Below are positions 19,897-30,416 of a stretch of DNA of 64,000 nt, piece by piece. The stretch lies in the NCBI GenBank assembly GCA_963804645.1, contig CAWDRG010000005.1, positions 32,001 to 96,000 of the forward strand. Reading direction: 5' to 3'. The notes below the pieces were generated by a model. It searched no databases. It was not told the DNA's origin and saw nothing but the letters and a program-made list of their open reading frames with translations. The translations under genes and the position numbers were made by a program. Source of the DNA: an uncultured Bacillota bacterium. Its GTDB lineage: Bacteria; Sysuimicrobiota; Sysuimicrobiia; Sysuimicrobiales; Segetimicrobiaceae. Positions within the stretch are counted from its first letter, which is position 1, and each line of letters starts with the position of its first letter.

Positions 19897-20831
19897 CAGT
19901 AGGTGTCGGCCAACCCGTCCTCGAGCGAGACGGCGGGCTCCCAGTTCAGCACGCGGCGCAGCTTCGTGTTGTCGCTGTTCCGGCCGCGGACGCCCTGCGG
20001 CTTGGTGAGGTCGTGGCGCTTCGTGATCCGCTTCCCGGCGATCGCGGCGATCAGGTCGACCAGTTCATTGATCGACACCAGCCGGTCGGAGCCGAGGTTC
20101 GTCGGGGTGTGTTCGCCGGACTGCATCAGCCGGTAGATCCCCTCGACGCAGTCGTCGATGTAGCAGTAGGACCTGGTCTGCAGGCCGTCGCCCCACACCT
20201 CGATCTCGTCCCCGTCGCGGGCGAGGGCGATCTTGCGGCAGAGCGCGGCCGGCGACTTCTCGCGGCCGCCGTCGTAGGTGCCGAGGGGGCCGTAGATGTT
20301 GTGGAAGCGGACGACGTGCGTGCTCAGGCCGTAGTCCTCGAGGTAGTGCCGGCACTGGCGCTCCGTGAACAGCTTCTCCCACCCGTAGCCGTCCTCCGCG
20401 TCCGCGGGATAGGCGTCCTCCTCGCGCAGCGGCGTGACGTCGGCGTCGTGCTGCCGGTAGCCCGGATACACGCACGCCGAGGACGTGAACAGAAACTGCC
20501 GGACGCCGTGCGCCCGGGCCGCTTCGAGCATGTGGAGGTTGATCAGGCCGCTGTCATGCATGATCTCGGCCTTGTAGTCGGTGATGAAGCCGATGCCACC
20601 CATGTTCGCGGCGAGATGATAGCAGATATCGATGTCCTGCGTCGCCGCGAGGGTGTTGGGCCACCGGCGCAGGTCGAGCAGTTCGAACTCGTCCGCCTGC
20701 GTCGGCTCGTACTCCGGATACTTCAGGTCGACGCCCCGGACCCAGTACCCCCGCCGCTTGAGCGACGTGACCAGGTGATGGCCGATGAACCCGCCCGCCC
20801 CCGTGACCAGCGTCCGCTGTCGTTCCCCCAT
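19839..20831 (-). CDS. GDP-mannose 3,5-epimerase-like NAD-dependent epimerase
   Basis: LAANMGGIGFI, SSACVYP, YGWEKL, RFHNIYGP, GGREKSPAA and GVRGRNSDN motifs. Confidence 0.85.
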   Translation of the reverse strand: MGERQRTLVTGAGGFIGHHLVTSLKRRGYWVRGVDLKYPEYEPTQADEFELLDLRRWPNTLAATQDIDICYHLAANMGGIGFITDYKAEIMHDSGLINLHMLEAARAHGVRQFLFTSSACVYPGYRQHDADVTPLREEDAYPADAEDGYGWEKLFTERQCRHYLEDYGLSTHVVRFHNIYGPLGTYDGGREKSPAALCRKIALARDGDEIEVWGDGLQTRSYCYIDDCVEGIYRLMQSGEHTPTNLGSDRLVSINELVDLIAAIAGKRITKRHDLTKPQGVRGRNSDNTKLRRVLNWEPAVSLEDGLADTYWWIHGQLAKAGRIPQEALK

Positions 20832-20888
20832 CGTCTCCTCCGCCCCGCCCCCCGCCGGCGCCAGCCGGCACGCCCTGCGCGGTCCGTG

Positions 20889-20925
20889 CGAACCCACGTT
20901 CGCCGGACGCGGCCTTATCATAACA
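20889..20925 (-). promoter_or_regulatory. Extended -10 promoter with a downstream perfect LexA-type box
   Basis: TG-T-TATGAT at 20925-20917 on the minus strand. CGAAC-CCAC-GTTCG at 20889-20902. Confidence 0.55.
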
Positions 20926-20966
20926 GACGCTCAACCGGCCGCACCACCGTACAGAAGTCCCAGACG

Positions 20967-22427
20967 CTAGGGGGCGCTCCCGGCGGCGCGTCCCAAGAGC
21001 CGCGTCGCGGCGATCGCGATGGCGGCGTAGAGGAGCCCGCCGACGAGCACGCCCGCGGCCGCGCCGACCCGTCCGTGGGGGGCCGCGAGCAGCACCGCCA
21101 GCATCGCGCCGCCGGCCACCACCGCGACCAGCGCGGTCCGCACGAGCTCGGGCGGGGCGACCGGGACCGACGCGCCGCGCGCGGTCAGGACGATGCACAG
21201 CGCGCACATGACCGCCTGCGACAGCACGGTCCCGAGCGCGACGCCGTACAGCCCCATCCCGGGCACGAGGAGGAAGTTCAGGGCGACGTGCGTCCCGGTC
21301 GACACGAGGCCCGCGGCGAAGACCTCACGCTGACGGTCCACGACGAGCAGCGCGATGTAAAAGAGATTTTGGAGATAGGTGATGAGCGCGGCGGCGACCA
21401 GGATCCTGAGCGTCAGCACCGCGGGCGCGAACCCCGCCGGGTACAGGACGTCGATGATCGCGGGGGCGTCCACAAACACGATGAGCGAGATCATGAGCGA
21501 CAGGAGCACGGTGCCGCGCGCCCACGCCGTCCAGTAGCGGATGAAGCGATCGGGCGCGGTCTGCTGCGCCTCCGCCAGCGCCGGGAAGATCGCCGCGGTG
21601 GCGAGCGCCATCGGAAACAGGAGCACGCCGTAGATTTTGTCCGCGGCGCTGTACCAGCCGATCTGCGCGAGCCGGCCGAGATAGCCGAGCGTCACGGGGC
21701 CGATGTTCCCGTTCAGGTCGCCGGTGACGCGCAGCAGCGCGAGGAACAGTCCGATCGCCAGGTACTCCCGCCAGGCGGGCAGGTTGATCCGCGGCCGCAG
21801 CGACCCCGCCGCGCCGCCGGCCCGCAGCACGAACACCGCGGCGCCGATCACGGTCAGGGCAATCGCCGCGACGTAGGCGATCGCCACGCTCAGCACCGTC
21901 GGAAACGCGGTCGTGAGCCCGACCACGAGCACGACGAGGCACACGATGTATCCGAGGCGGAAGCCGGCCTCGACCTCCATCCGCTGCCGCGCGCGGAACA
22001 GCGCGGAGAAGAAATTCGCGAGCTCCAGCAGCGCCACGTAGAACGCCAGGAGAAAGATCATCCGGCGCACGAGGGGGTCGTGGGTGATCAGCGCCCCGCA
22101 CAGCCAGACCACCGCGATGCCGCCGACGCCGAGGGCGAGCTTGAGGGTCAGGAGATCCCCGAAGTGGCGCTCCCGCAGGCGGTCGCCCGCGAACTGGCGC
22201 GTGATCGTCGTCGCGAGCCCCATGTCAAACAAGGCGCCGAACAGCGAGACGAACGAGAACGCGTAGCCGAACACGCCGTACGTCGTCGCCCCGAACTTCC
22301 GGATCACGTACACGGTGAGGATGAAGTCGCCGAGCCCGGCGAGGGCGCTCGCGACCCCGAGCCACAGGGTGTTCTTGGCGATCACCTGGCCCCGCGAGGT
22401 TTGGCGGAGCAGCTGGACGAGGTTCAC
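20967..22427 (-). CDS. Wzx-like oligosaccharide flippase
   Basis: Many TM segments with IAKNTLW, DMGL and IGWYSAA, typical of MATE-like polysaccharide exporters. Confidence 0.88.
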   Translation of the reverse strand: MNLVQLLRQTSRGQVIAKNTLWLGVASALAGLGDFILTVYVIRKFGATTYGVFGYAFSFVSLFGALFDMGLATTITRQFAGDRLRERHFGDLLTLKLALGVGGIAVVWLCGALITHDPLVRRMIFLLAFYVALLELANFFSALFRARQRMEVEAGFRLGYIVCLVVLVVGLTTAFPTVLSVAIAYVAAIALTVIGAAVFVLRAGGAAGSLRPRINLPAWREYLAIGLFLALLRVTGDLNGNIGPVTLGYLGRLAQIGWYSAADKIYGVLLFPMALATAAIFPALAEAQQTAPDRFIRYWTAWARGTVLLSLMISLIVFVDAPAIIDVLYPAGFAPAVLTLRILVAAALITYLQNLFYIALLVVDRQREVFAAGLVSTGTHVALNFLLVPGMGLYGVALGTVLSQAVMCALCIVLTARGASVPVAPPELVRTALVAVVAGGAMLAVLLAAPHGRVGAAAGVLVGGLLYAAIAIAATRLLGRAAGSAP

Positions 22428-23668
22428 GAGGCCGGCGGCGCGGGTGCGGCGAGCTCCGCGATCAGGTCGACGACGCGCTGCGCGAGGGAATCCCAGGAGT
22501 TGGCCTGGGCGAGGGCCGCGCCATGGGCCGCCATCGCGTCCCGCGCGGCCGGGGACAGCGCGAGGAACCGTCCGATCGCGTCGGCCAGCGACGCCGCGTC
22601 TTCCGGCTCCGCCAAGAGGCCGAGCCCGTGCCGCGCCACCAGCTGCCCCATCTCCGACACGTTCGTGGCGATCACCGGGCGCCCGTAGGTGCAGGCTCCC
22701 TTCACCAGCGGGCCGCTGCCGCCGGTGTACGCCTTCGTGTAGGGCAGCACCAGCGCATCGGCGGCGGCGAAATACGCCGGCACGTCCTCGTCTGGCACGT
22801 ACCCGAGCCGCAGATTGACGCGCGCGCCGACCTCACGCCGGGCGACCATCACCTCGATCTCGTCCGCCGTATACTCCATCGGCCAGCCCGCCACGACGAG
22901 GTGGAACGGCTCGTCGCGGAGGCTCCGTACCGCGTCCAGCAGATACTCAATCCCCTTATCGCGCCGCAGCACGCCGAAGAACAAGAGCAGCGTACCCTCG
23001 GCCGGCAGGCCGAGCCGCGCCCGGGCTGCCTCCCGGGTCGGCACCGCCGCGGCGACGTCGCCGCCGTCCGGCACGATCCCGATCGGAAAATCGGGGGACA
23101 GCCGGAGCTGCTCCCGCAGGCGGTCCCGATGCCACTCGCCAAGCACGGCGAGCGCCCGGACGCCGCCCGAGGTCAGCGCCGCCCGGAACACCTCGCGCTG
23201 CACCACCTTGTAGCCTTTCTTGAAGACGGAGCCGGGATACGCGCCGAACGAGAAGTTGGCCGCCCAGGGAAACATGATGACCGGCGGCAACCAGCGCCGG
23301 TTCCACCAGAACAGGAGCGACGCCGTCATGAACTCCACGTCGAACACGGCGACCCCGTCAAACACCGCCGCGCGGCACAGGCGGATGGCGGCCGCGGTGA
23401 CCGCGGCGCTGTTCCGATAGTAGCCCCAGTAGTAGTACAGCGGCGCGCGGCCGATCGCGTCGTCGAACCGCTCGAACGCGAGGCGGCCGTCCCCCACCTC
23501 GACCACCGTGAACCGCGGCGGAACCGCCAGGTACCGGGAGGGATCCAGACGGTTCGTGCACAGCGTGACGTCGTGCCCCCGCTCGCCGATCGCCTGGCAC
23601 AGCTTGCTCGTGTAGAGCCCGTAGTGCCCGCGCTTGTCCCCGGTGGGCTGCACGATCAGGATGCGCAT
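22424..23668 (-). CDS. GT4 glycosyltransferase
   Basis: FFGVLRRDKG, ADALVLPY and GRPVIATNV motifs. Confidence 0.88.
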   Translation of the reverse strand: MRILIVQPTGDKRGHYGLYTSKLCQAIGERGHDVTLCTNRLDPSRYLAVPPRFTVVEVGDGRLAFERFDDAIGRAPLYYYWGYYRNSAAVTAAAIRLCRAAVFDGVAVFDVEFMTASLLFWWNRRWLPPVIMFPWAANFSFGAYPGSVFKKGYKVVQREVFRAALTSGGVRALAVLGEWHRDRLREQLRLSPDFPIGIVPDGGDVAAAVPTREAARARLGLPAEGTLLLFFGVLRRDKGIEYLLDAVRSLRDEPFHLVVAGWPMEYTADEIEVMVARREVGARVNLRLGYVPDEDVPAYFAAADALVLPYTKAYTGGSGPLVKGACTYGRPVIATNVSEMGQLVARHGLGLLAEPEDAASLADAIGRFLALSPAARDAMAAHGAALAQANSWDSLAQRVVDLIAELAAPAPPAS

Positions 23669-23714
23669 CGAGGATTCAGCGCCGCGGGCGGCCCGTCATC
23701 CGCCCGATCCGGCG

Positions 23715-25163
23715 CTACCGCCCGCGAAACGCGAGCGCATGCGCAATGGTCTTCAATAAGATCACGAGATCCAGGGCCAGCGATTGATGCTTGATGTAGT
23801 AGAGGTCGTACTGCAGGCGCACGAGCACGTCCTGCTCGCTCCCTGCGTACCCTTGCTGAACCAAACCCCACCCGGCCATCCCGGGCTTCACCACGTGGCG
23901 CAGCCGGTACAGCGGCAGCTCCGCGGCGAGCTTCTCGACAAACTCCGGCCGTTCGGGCCGCGGGCCGACCGCGCTCATCTCTCCCCGCAGCACGTTCAGC
24001 AGCTGCGGAAACTCGTCCACATGGGTCGCGCGCAGCACCCGTCCCACGCGGGTCACGCGCGGATCGCCCCGGCGCGCCCACACGGCGCCGTCCGGCTCCG
24101 CCTCGGCGACCATCGACCGGAACTTGAACGTCCGGAAGACGCGGCCACCGATCCCCACGCGCGGCTGCACGTAGAAGATCGGCCCCGGCGAGTCCAGCCG
24201 GATCGCGAGGGCGACGATCGGCAGCAGCACGGCCAGGCACAGCACGCCGAGCCCGGCCAGCACCACGTCGAGCGCGCGCTTGGTCAAGCGCTGCACGCTG
24301 CTGAGGGTCAGCTGTTCGACCGGGATCGCCACGTACCAGTCGTCGCGCACCTGCTCCACCGGCACGCGCCCCGTGAGCCGCTCGTACAGTGCCGGCATCG
24401 GGACGAGCTCGACCCCCTGCTCGACGCACTGCAGCAGCGTCGCGAGCAGCATGGAGTCGACCTCGCGCACGGGCGCGAGGATCAGCGCCGATACGTCCTG
24501 CCGCGCGATCACCGCGGGCAGGTCGGCCGGCGTGCCGAGCACCGGCCCCGGCGCGGGTCCGTCCTCGTCCGCCGCGCGGGGCTCGTCGGCGATGAACCCG
24601 ACCACCTGGTAGCTCTCATCGCCGGCCTCCGCGAGCGTCGCCGCGATGAGACGGGCCGGCTGGCCCGTCCCGATGATCAGCGTCGGCTGCCGGAACGCGG
24701 GCCGGGGGAACGCCAACGTGTGGAGCGTGCGCTCGACCGCCAGGCATACGAGAACGAGCGCGGGCAGCGACAGCAGTTCGTTTCGGGAACTCGGCAGCGG
24801 CGGCGTGAGGTGCGGGACCAGCAGATACGCTGCCGCGGCGAGTACCCCCGCCTGGGCCGCCCGCATGACGCTCGGGCCGACCCGCCGCGTGTTCCGCGGC
24901 TCGTACGCGTCGCACGCCGACGCCATCACCAGCCACAGCACCGCCAGGATCAGATACCACTGCGGCTGCTGCAGGAGAGCCCGCGGGTCAAACGCCGGCG
25001 CGACCCGCAACGCGAGCCACACATAGAGCGCAACCAGCAGCGCTCCGAGGTCGAGCGCCGTGAGCAGCAGGCGCCGTTCGGAGAATCGCAGCCGGAGCCG
25101 CGCGGGCGTGCGGGCGCCGGCGCGCCCGGCCAACGACTCGACGGCTTCGCCCCGCGCCGGCAC
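23715..25163 (-). CDS. Priming polyprenyl-phosphate glycosylphosphotransferase (WcaJ/WbaP-like)
   Basis: N-terminal TMs, then KRALD, FKFRSM, DEFPQLLNVLRGEMSAVGPRPE and YDLYY. Confidence 0.92.
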   Translation of the reverse strand: MPARGEAVESLAGRAGARTPARLRLRFSERRLLLTALDLGALLVALYVWLALRVAPAFDPRALLQQPQWYLILAVLWLVMASACDAYEPRNTRRVGPSVMRAAQAGVLAAAAYLLVPHLTPPLPSSRNELLSLPALVLVCLAVERTLHTLAFPRPAFRQPTLIIGTGQPARLIAATLAEAGDESYQVVGFIADEPRAADEDGPAPGPVLGTPADLPAVIARQDVSALILAPVREVDSMLLATLLQCVEQGVELVPMPALYERLTGRVPVEQVRDDWYVAIPVEQLTLSSVQRLTKRALDVVLAGLGVLCLAVLLPIVALAIRLDSPGPIFYVQPRVGIGGRVFRTFKFRSMVAEAEPDGAVWARRGDPRVTRVGRVLRATHVDEFPQLLNVLRGEMSAVGPRPERPEFVEKLAAELPLYRLRHVVKPGMAGWGLVQQGYAGSEQDVLVRLQYDLYYIKHQSLALDLVILLKTIAHALAFRGR

Positions 25164-25170
25164 GGCCGCG

Positions 25171-26490
25171 CTACCCCGCCCGCCCCAGCGCCACATACCG
25201 CACCTTAGGTCCGAACCGCGCGGGATCGAGCACCCGCCAGCAGTCGACGACCGTTGTCGGCGTGCGCGTAAGGTACGTCTCGTCCACCTCGCGGAACTCC
25301 GGCGCGGCCGTCGTAAAGACGCACAGGGCCGCACCGTCCATGCAGGCCCGGGCGGAGGCGGCGTACCGCACCCGGTCGCCGAGGAGCGCGCGCATGCCGG
25401 CGACCGCGAGCGGATCGTACACGGTCACCTCGACGTCGCCCTCCGCCAGCAGCGTGTCGACCAGCAGGATGCCGGGCGACTCGTCGAGCACCGGCGTGCC
25501 CGCCTTGAACGACAGGCCCAGCACCGCCACGCGCCGGTCCGCCTCCGGCAGATGCCGGAGCACGAGCCGGGCGATGTCCCCGATGCGCTCGAGATTCGCA
25601 GCTTCGGTCGCCTTCGCGAGCCGCGCGTCTACGCCGTGGCGCGCGGCGAACACCGCGAACGCGCGGTTGTCTCTCGGGAAGCACGGCCCCCCGAACGGCA
25701 GCCCGCCGCGGAGATAGTACGGCGAGATCCGCCGGTCCGCGCCGAGGGCGTCGGTGATCGCGTCGATGTCGGCGCCCGGAATCGCTTCGCAGATCGACGC
25801 CAGCGTATTCGCGAAGGTGATCTTCGTGGTCACGAACGAGTTGAGCGCGATCTTTGTGATCTCCGCGCTCACGATCGACATCCGGGCCACGCGCGGCGTG
25901 TGCTCGCACACCGTCCGGTACAGCTGCTCGAGCCGGTCCCCGGCCGCCTCGGAGCTCTGCCCGATCAGCACCAGGTCGGGGCGCAGGAAATCCGAGATCA
26001 CGGTCCCCAGCGCGATGAACTCGGGGTTGTAGCAGACCTCGAACCCCTCGTGCAGCGACCGTCCGGACACCGACGCGATCAGCGGGATGAGACGCCCCTC
26101 GACCGTCCCCGGCGACACCGTGGACGTGATCACGAACAGGTGCGAGGACTTGCTCGACGCTCGGAGCGCCCGGGCCAGGGGGGTCAGCGCGTCTTGGAGA
26201 TGCGCGTCGGAGAATTCACCGTCCGGGCCGCTCGGCGTGGGCACGATCAGCAGCGTGACGTCGGACCGCTCGAGCGCCAGCCCGTAGTCCGCGGTCGCCT
26301 GGAGGCGGTCGCCGGCGGCGCGCAGCACCTCGGGCAGCCGCGGCTCGTAAAACGGCGCGACCCCGCGGTTCACCGCCTCCACCGTGCTCGGGTTCACGTC
26401 CACGCCGACGACGGGGATCCCGCGGGACGCGAAGCACGCGGCCGCGCACAGGCCCAAGCGCCCGAGACCGATGACCGAGAGTTGCACCAC
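25171..26490 (-). CDS. UDP-glucose/GDP-mannose dehydrogenase family protein
   Basis: GLGRLG, STVSPG, YNPEF and GGPCFPRD (catalytic Cys present). Confidence 0.9.
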   Translation of the reverse strand: MVQLSVIGLGRLGLCAAACFASRGIPVVGVDVNPSTVEAVNRGVAPFYEPRLPEVLRAAGDRLQATADYGLALERSDVTLLIVPTPSGPDGEFSDAHLQDALTPLARALRASSKSSHLFVITSTVSPGTVEGRLIPLIASVSGRSLHEGFEVCYNPEFIALGTVISDFLRPDLVLIGQSSEAAGDRLEQLYRTVCEHTPRVARMSIVSAEITKIALNSFVTTKITFANTLASICEAIPGADIDAITDALGADRRISPYYLRGGLPFGGPCFPRDNRAFAVFAARHGVDARLAKATEAANLERIGDIARLVLRHLPEADRRVAVLGLSFKAGTPVLDESPGILLVDTLLAEGDVEVTVYDPLAVAGMRALLGDRVRYAASARACMDGAALCVFTTAAPEFREVDETYLTRTPTTVVDCWRVLDPARFGPKVRYVALGRAG

Positions 26491-26640
26491 GCGGACGAGC
26501 CCCCCACCGGCGTTTCATACCCAATTTCAGCCGCAAACGCGCGTCCCCACGCGGGGCGGCGCGCCTGGGGCGATCATCGCACAGGACGGAGCAAAATGCC
26601 AGCGATCGGGACGAAAGTACCAGACGCAGGTCACCGCGGA

Positions 26641-26659
26641 AGCGCGGCGTGTCCGCGCT
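26641..26659 (-). terminator. Hairpin downstream of the FAH gene
   Basis: AGCGCGG-5 nt loop-CCGCGCT stem about 35 nt after the stop. The U tract is weak. Confidence 0.3.
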
Positions 26660-26694
26660 CCCGCCGGCTCGGGGTCGGGAGTCTGGGCGCCGGT

Positions 26695-27681
26695 TTATCC
26701 GCGCGGCGGACCCACCGGGTTCTCGAGAATCCCGAGCTCGTCGATTTCGATCCGCACCACTTCACCTTCCCGGAGGTACCGTCCATCCTCCAAGCCCGTA
26801 CCAGGAGGCCCACCGGTAAACACCACGTCACCCGGCCAGAGCGTCACGTATTGTGACACCTCGCTAACAATGTCTTCGATCGGCCAGATGAGGTCGGCGG
26901 TGCTGGAGTTTTGCCGCAGCGTCTGATCGATCCACAGCTTGACCTTGAACTCGTTGGGACTGTGCGACAATTCATCCGGGGTCACAATCGCCGGCCCGAT
27001 CGGGGCAAGCGTGTCTGTTGCCTTCCCGCGCGGGCTGTCATACCCGCCCTGCAGCGGCGTGATGTCCCGGATGCAGGCGTCGTTGGCGATCGTGTAGCCA
27101 AACACGTAGTCGAGCGCTTCCTTCGGCGTCACTTGACTGCAGTAGCGTCCAATGATGATCCCCAATTCGCTTTCGCAATCCCACTCCTTCGACCCCTTTG
27201 GGTATCGGAGCTGGGCGCCTGGGCCGATAATCGCCGACGGGGCCTTGAAAAATGACAGCTTCGGGTTCTTGTTGAACTCGACCTGATCGGCGGGCACGCC
27301 TTTTCGCGCGTAGTACTTCAGAATGTGCTCCTTATAGGAACTCCCGATGCACAGAATCTTCGAGGGCCGCAGCACAGGCGCGAGCAATCGGACATCCCGC
27401 AGCCTGTACGACAGCGGGCTCCCATGGGTGTGTTGGGAACGCTCATCCTCTTTAACCATCGCGACCATCGATGCGAGCGCCCGTCCCCGCCCGTGCCAAA
27501 TCTCCGCAAACGACACCATATCGGGCGGCACCTGAAACAGCGCTTTCTGCGATGCCCACGCGTCGTGTTGTGCCGTCACGGCCCAGTACGTCCACACGGC
27601 GCGCAGGTCCCACACGCGATCCGCGCCGTCCAGCGCCCCGACGGCCGCTCCGGTCGGGCCTTGATACGTGACAAATTTCAT
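26695..27681 (-). CDS. Fumarylacetoacetate hydrolase family protein
   Basis: PSKILCIG, FFKAPSAIIGP, DCESEL, GYTIAND, PIGP and PGDVVFTG motifs. Confidence 0.9.
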   Translation of the reverse strand: MKFVTYQGPTGAAVGALDGADRVWDLRAVWTYWAVTAQHDAWASQKALFQVPPDMVSFAEIWHGRGRALASMVAMVKEDERSQHTHGSPLSYRLRDVRLLAPVLRPSKILCIGSSYKEHILKYYARKGVPADQVEFNKNPKLSFFKAPSAIIGPGAQLRYPKGSKEWDCESELGIIIGRYCSQVTPKEALDYVFGYTIANDACIRDITPLQGGYDSPRGKATDTLAPIGPAIVTPDELSHSPNEFKVKLWIDQTLRQNSSTADLIWPIEDIVSEVSQYVTLWPGDVVFTGGPPGTGLEDGRYLREGEVVRIEIDELGILENPVGPPRG

Positions 27682-27749
27682 CGGGTCCCCCTGTGTGTGC
27701 CTTCAGCCGTTCTCGTTGCGCGTGATGCCGACGTCTCTCCTTCCCGCGA

Positions 27750-29380
27750 TCACCTCCGGTACCAGTTGGCCATGTCTCTGAACATGCCTCCGAACCTCGG
27801 CACGGCCCCACCGAGCTGTCCCACGTTCACCGCGCCGATCGAATCCGCGTAGTAAAGCATGACGGTCGGCACGTCCTGATTGATAATCTGCTGGATCTTG
27901 GTCAGCGGCGGCAATTGCTGTCGCAACACGACCAGCTGACGCGCCTGGTCGATCAGCTGATCGAGTTCCGGGTTGGAGTACTGCCCGGCGTTCAACGCGC
28001 CGCCCGTGTGAAACCGTCGGCTGAGGTCCGGGTTGTTGAATCCCCGGTTGTCCTCCAGCCCGAGATCAAAATCGTGGGTCCCATCCAACCGCGATACCGA
28101 GGTGGCATAGTCTGCCAATTCGATCGACACATTCATCCCAACATTCTGCAGCTGCTGCTGAATGACGGTGCCCACGTTCATGCGCAGGGTCTCGCCAGTG
28201 GGCACCAGGAGCCGAAGCCGCACGCTCGGATCATAGTGCGCATCGCGCAGCAACTGCCGCGCGTGATCAGGGTTGAACTTATAGGGCTCGAGATTCTTGT
28301 CGTAATAGGGCGTGAACGATGCAAACGGCGAGTACGCGACCTCGCCTTTCCCCAACAGGAGCTGCGACACGATGGCGTCACGATCGATCGCGTACGCGAG
28401 GGCCTGCCGGACGCGGACGTCGTCAAACGGCTTCCGTTTGACGTTGATGTACATGCTCACGACCGTGGTGTTTGGATAGGACGTCACCGCAATGTTGGTG
28501 ACACGCTGCAGCGCAGGCAGGTCGCCCGGCGTGAGGTTGCCACCGATGTCTCCCGGAATCACCTGGAGCTCCCCTCGTTCGAGTTGGACGATGGCCACTT
28601 CTGGCTGGAGGACTTTGATGTACACGTGCGCCAGCGACGGCTGCCGGGCGTAGTAGTACGGGTTACGTGTCAACTCCGCCTGGGTGTCCGTTTGATAGTT
28701 TGAGATGTAGAACGGGCCCGAGGACACGTTCGGCAAGTGCGCGAAGTCGCTCTTCATCAACTGCGAGAATGGGATGGTCTTCAGCACGTGGCTCGGCATC
28801 GGAAACATCTCGGTGCCGAACAGGTCGATGAAATCGGACGACGGCGCGACCGTCGTGACCGCAAAGGTCCGATCATTCATGATCTTGAATCCGGCCACAC
28901 CGTCGCTCGTGCCGGCTTTGTGCTCTCGAACGCCGACGATCTCGTCCACGCGGTTGTACCAAAACGCATTGGACCCGGGTGCCGAGAGCGCCAGCGTCGC
29001 GTACTCAAAATCCTGGGGGTCAGCGGTGCCCCATCGCTCCACTTGAGCCCCGGTCGCAGCACGAACGTCGTCGTCCGTCCATCGGCCGAGACGGTCCACC
29101 GCTCGGCAAGATCCGGCAGGAGCTGCAGAGTGGGCGTATAGCTCAACAACGACCGATTCGTGCTCTCGCCGATCAAAATCGCCATATCCGTGGGGAGAAA
29201 GTCGGTCAAGAGCACTCCCCCGGGCGTCCCGAAAATTGACATGGCGGCGTCCCCACCGACCACCGGCGCACCACTGCCGTTGTTTGGCCCCAACGCGACG
29301 CCGACCGTGACAAACACCGCCGCCGCCAACGCCGCGCGCAGCCGTCTCCACAGGCTCGAACGTGGTTGCGACACGTTCAT
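27750..29380 (-). pseudogene. Family 5 (DppA/OppA-like) ABC substrate-binding protein, split by a 1-nt frameshift
   Basis: The N-terminal part (PDLAERW..SADG, LKWSDGAPLT) is in ORF 28877-29380. The C-terminal part (SGPF, RNPYY, VRQALAYAIDR) is in ORF 27750-29351. The shift is at the G5 run 29015-29019. Confidence 0.85.
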
Positions 29381-29402
29381 GTCCCCCCTTTGCTCGACCC
29401 CG

Positions 29403-30410
29403 TTACCGAGGAGGTCCGACCGGGTTCTCCAGCATACCGATCCCTTCGGCTTCGATGCGCACCACTTGACCTTCCCGTAGGTATCGACCGGTCTCCAACC
29501 CCGTACCGGAGGGACTGCCGGTCATCAGCACGTCGCCGGGCCACAGACTCATGTACCGCGAGGCTTCACTGACCATCGCCTCGATCGGCCACAATAAATC
29601 GGCGGTGTTGGAGTCCTGCCGCAGATCCCCGTCGACCCGCAGCGTCACGTGCATGCGGTTCGGGCCCCCCGGAAGTTCATCGGGCGTGACCAGCGCCGGT
29701 CCCATCGGCGCGAACGTGTCTGACCCTTTGGCCGCGGGCGCGTTCAACCCTCCCAAAATATCTGGAAGGTCGCGAAAGCATACATCGGCGGCGATCGTAT
29801 ACCCGAACACGTACTCGAGCGCCTCTGCAACCGGAACGTGCCGGCAATGGGCGCCGATAATGATGCCGATCTCGCCTTCACAGTCCCACGCCGCCGAGTC
29901 GCGAGGGTAGCGCACGGGATCTCCCGGACCGATGATCGCAGACGGCGGCTTCATGAACGAGATCCGAGGACGCTCGGGGATCTCGATTTTGTCATGTGGA
30001 ATGCCGCGCTGCGTCATGATGTTCACGATATGCTCGCGATAGGACGCTCCAAGGCAGACGATTTTTGAGGGCCGCAGCACCGGCGCAAGCAGCCGCACGT
30101 GTCCGAGTTCATACCACAGGCGTCGCCCCGACACGGGGGACGTGGCGAACGATCCCTCATCACGCTCCGCTTGTAGGAGCATTGCGCGGAGCATCGCCAC
30201 GCGGCCATGCCACTCGTCGATCAACGCGATCATGTCGACCGTGGCCGCCCCGATCTGCTCCCGCGCCCAAGGATCCTGACCTCGGCCCAGCCTAACCTGC
30301 AACATCACTTCGCGAAGATCCCAGACACGCGGCGTTCCATCCGCAGCCAGTACGCCGACGCTCACGCCCTGCGGTCCGGCGTAGGACACGAGCCTCATCG
30401 GGCGCACCAC
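29403..30410 (-). CDS. Fumarylacetoacetate hydrolase family protein (paralog)
   Basis: PSKIVCLG, FMKPPSAIIGP, DCEGEI, PMGP and PGDVLMTGSP motifs. Confidence 0.9.
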   Translation of the reverse strand: MVRPMRLVSYAGPQGVSVGVLAADGTPRVWDLREVMLQVRLGRGQDPWAREQIGAATVDMIALIDEWHGRVAMLRAMLLQAERDEGSFATSPVSGRRLWYELGHVRLLAPVLRPSKIVCLGASYREHIVNIMTQRGIPHDKIEIPERPRISFMKPPSAIIGPGDPVRYPRDSAAWDCEGEIGIIIGAHCRHVPVAEALEYVFGYTIAADVCFRDLPDILGGLNAPAAKGSDTFAPMGPALVTPDELPGGPNRMHVTLRVDGDLRQDSNTADLLWPIEAMVSEASRYMSLWPGDVLMTGSPSGTGLETGRYLREGQVVRIEAEGIGMLENPVGPPR

Positions 30411-30416
30411 CCAGGG

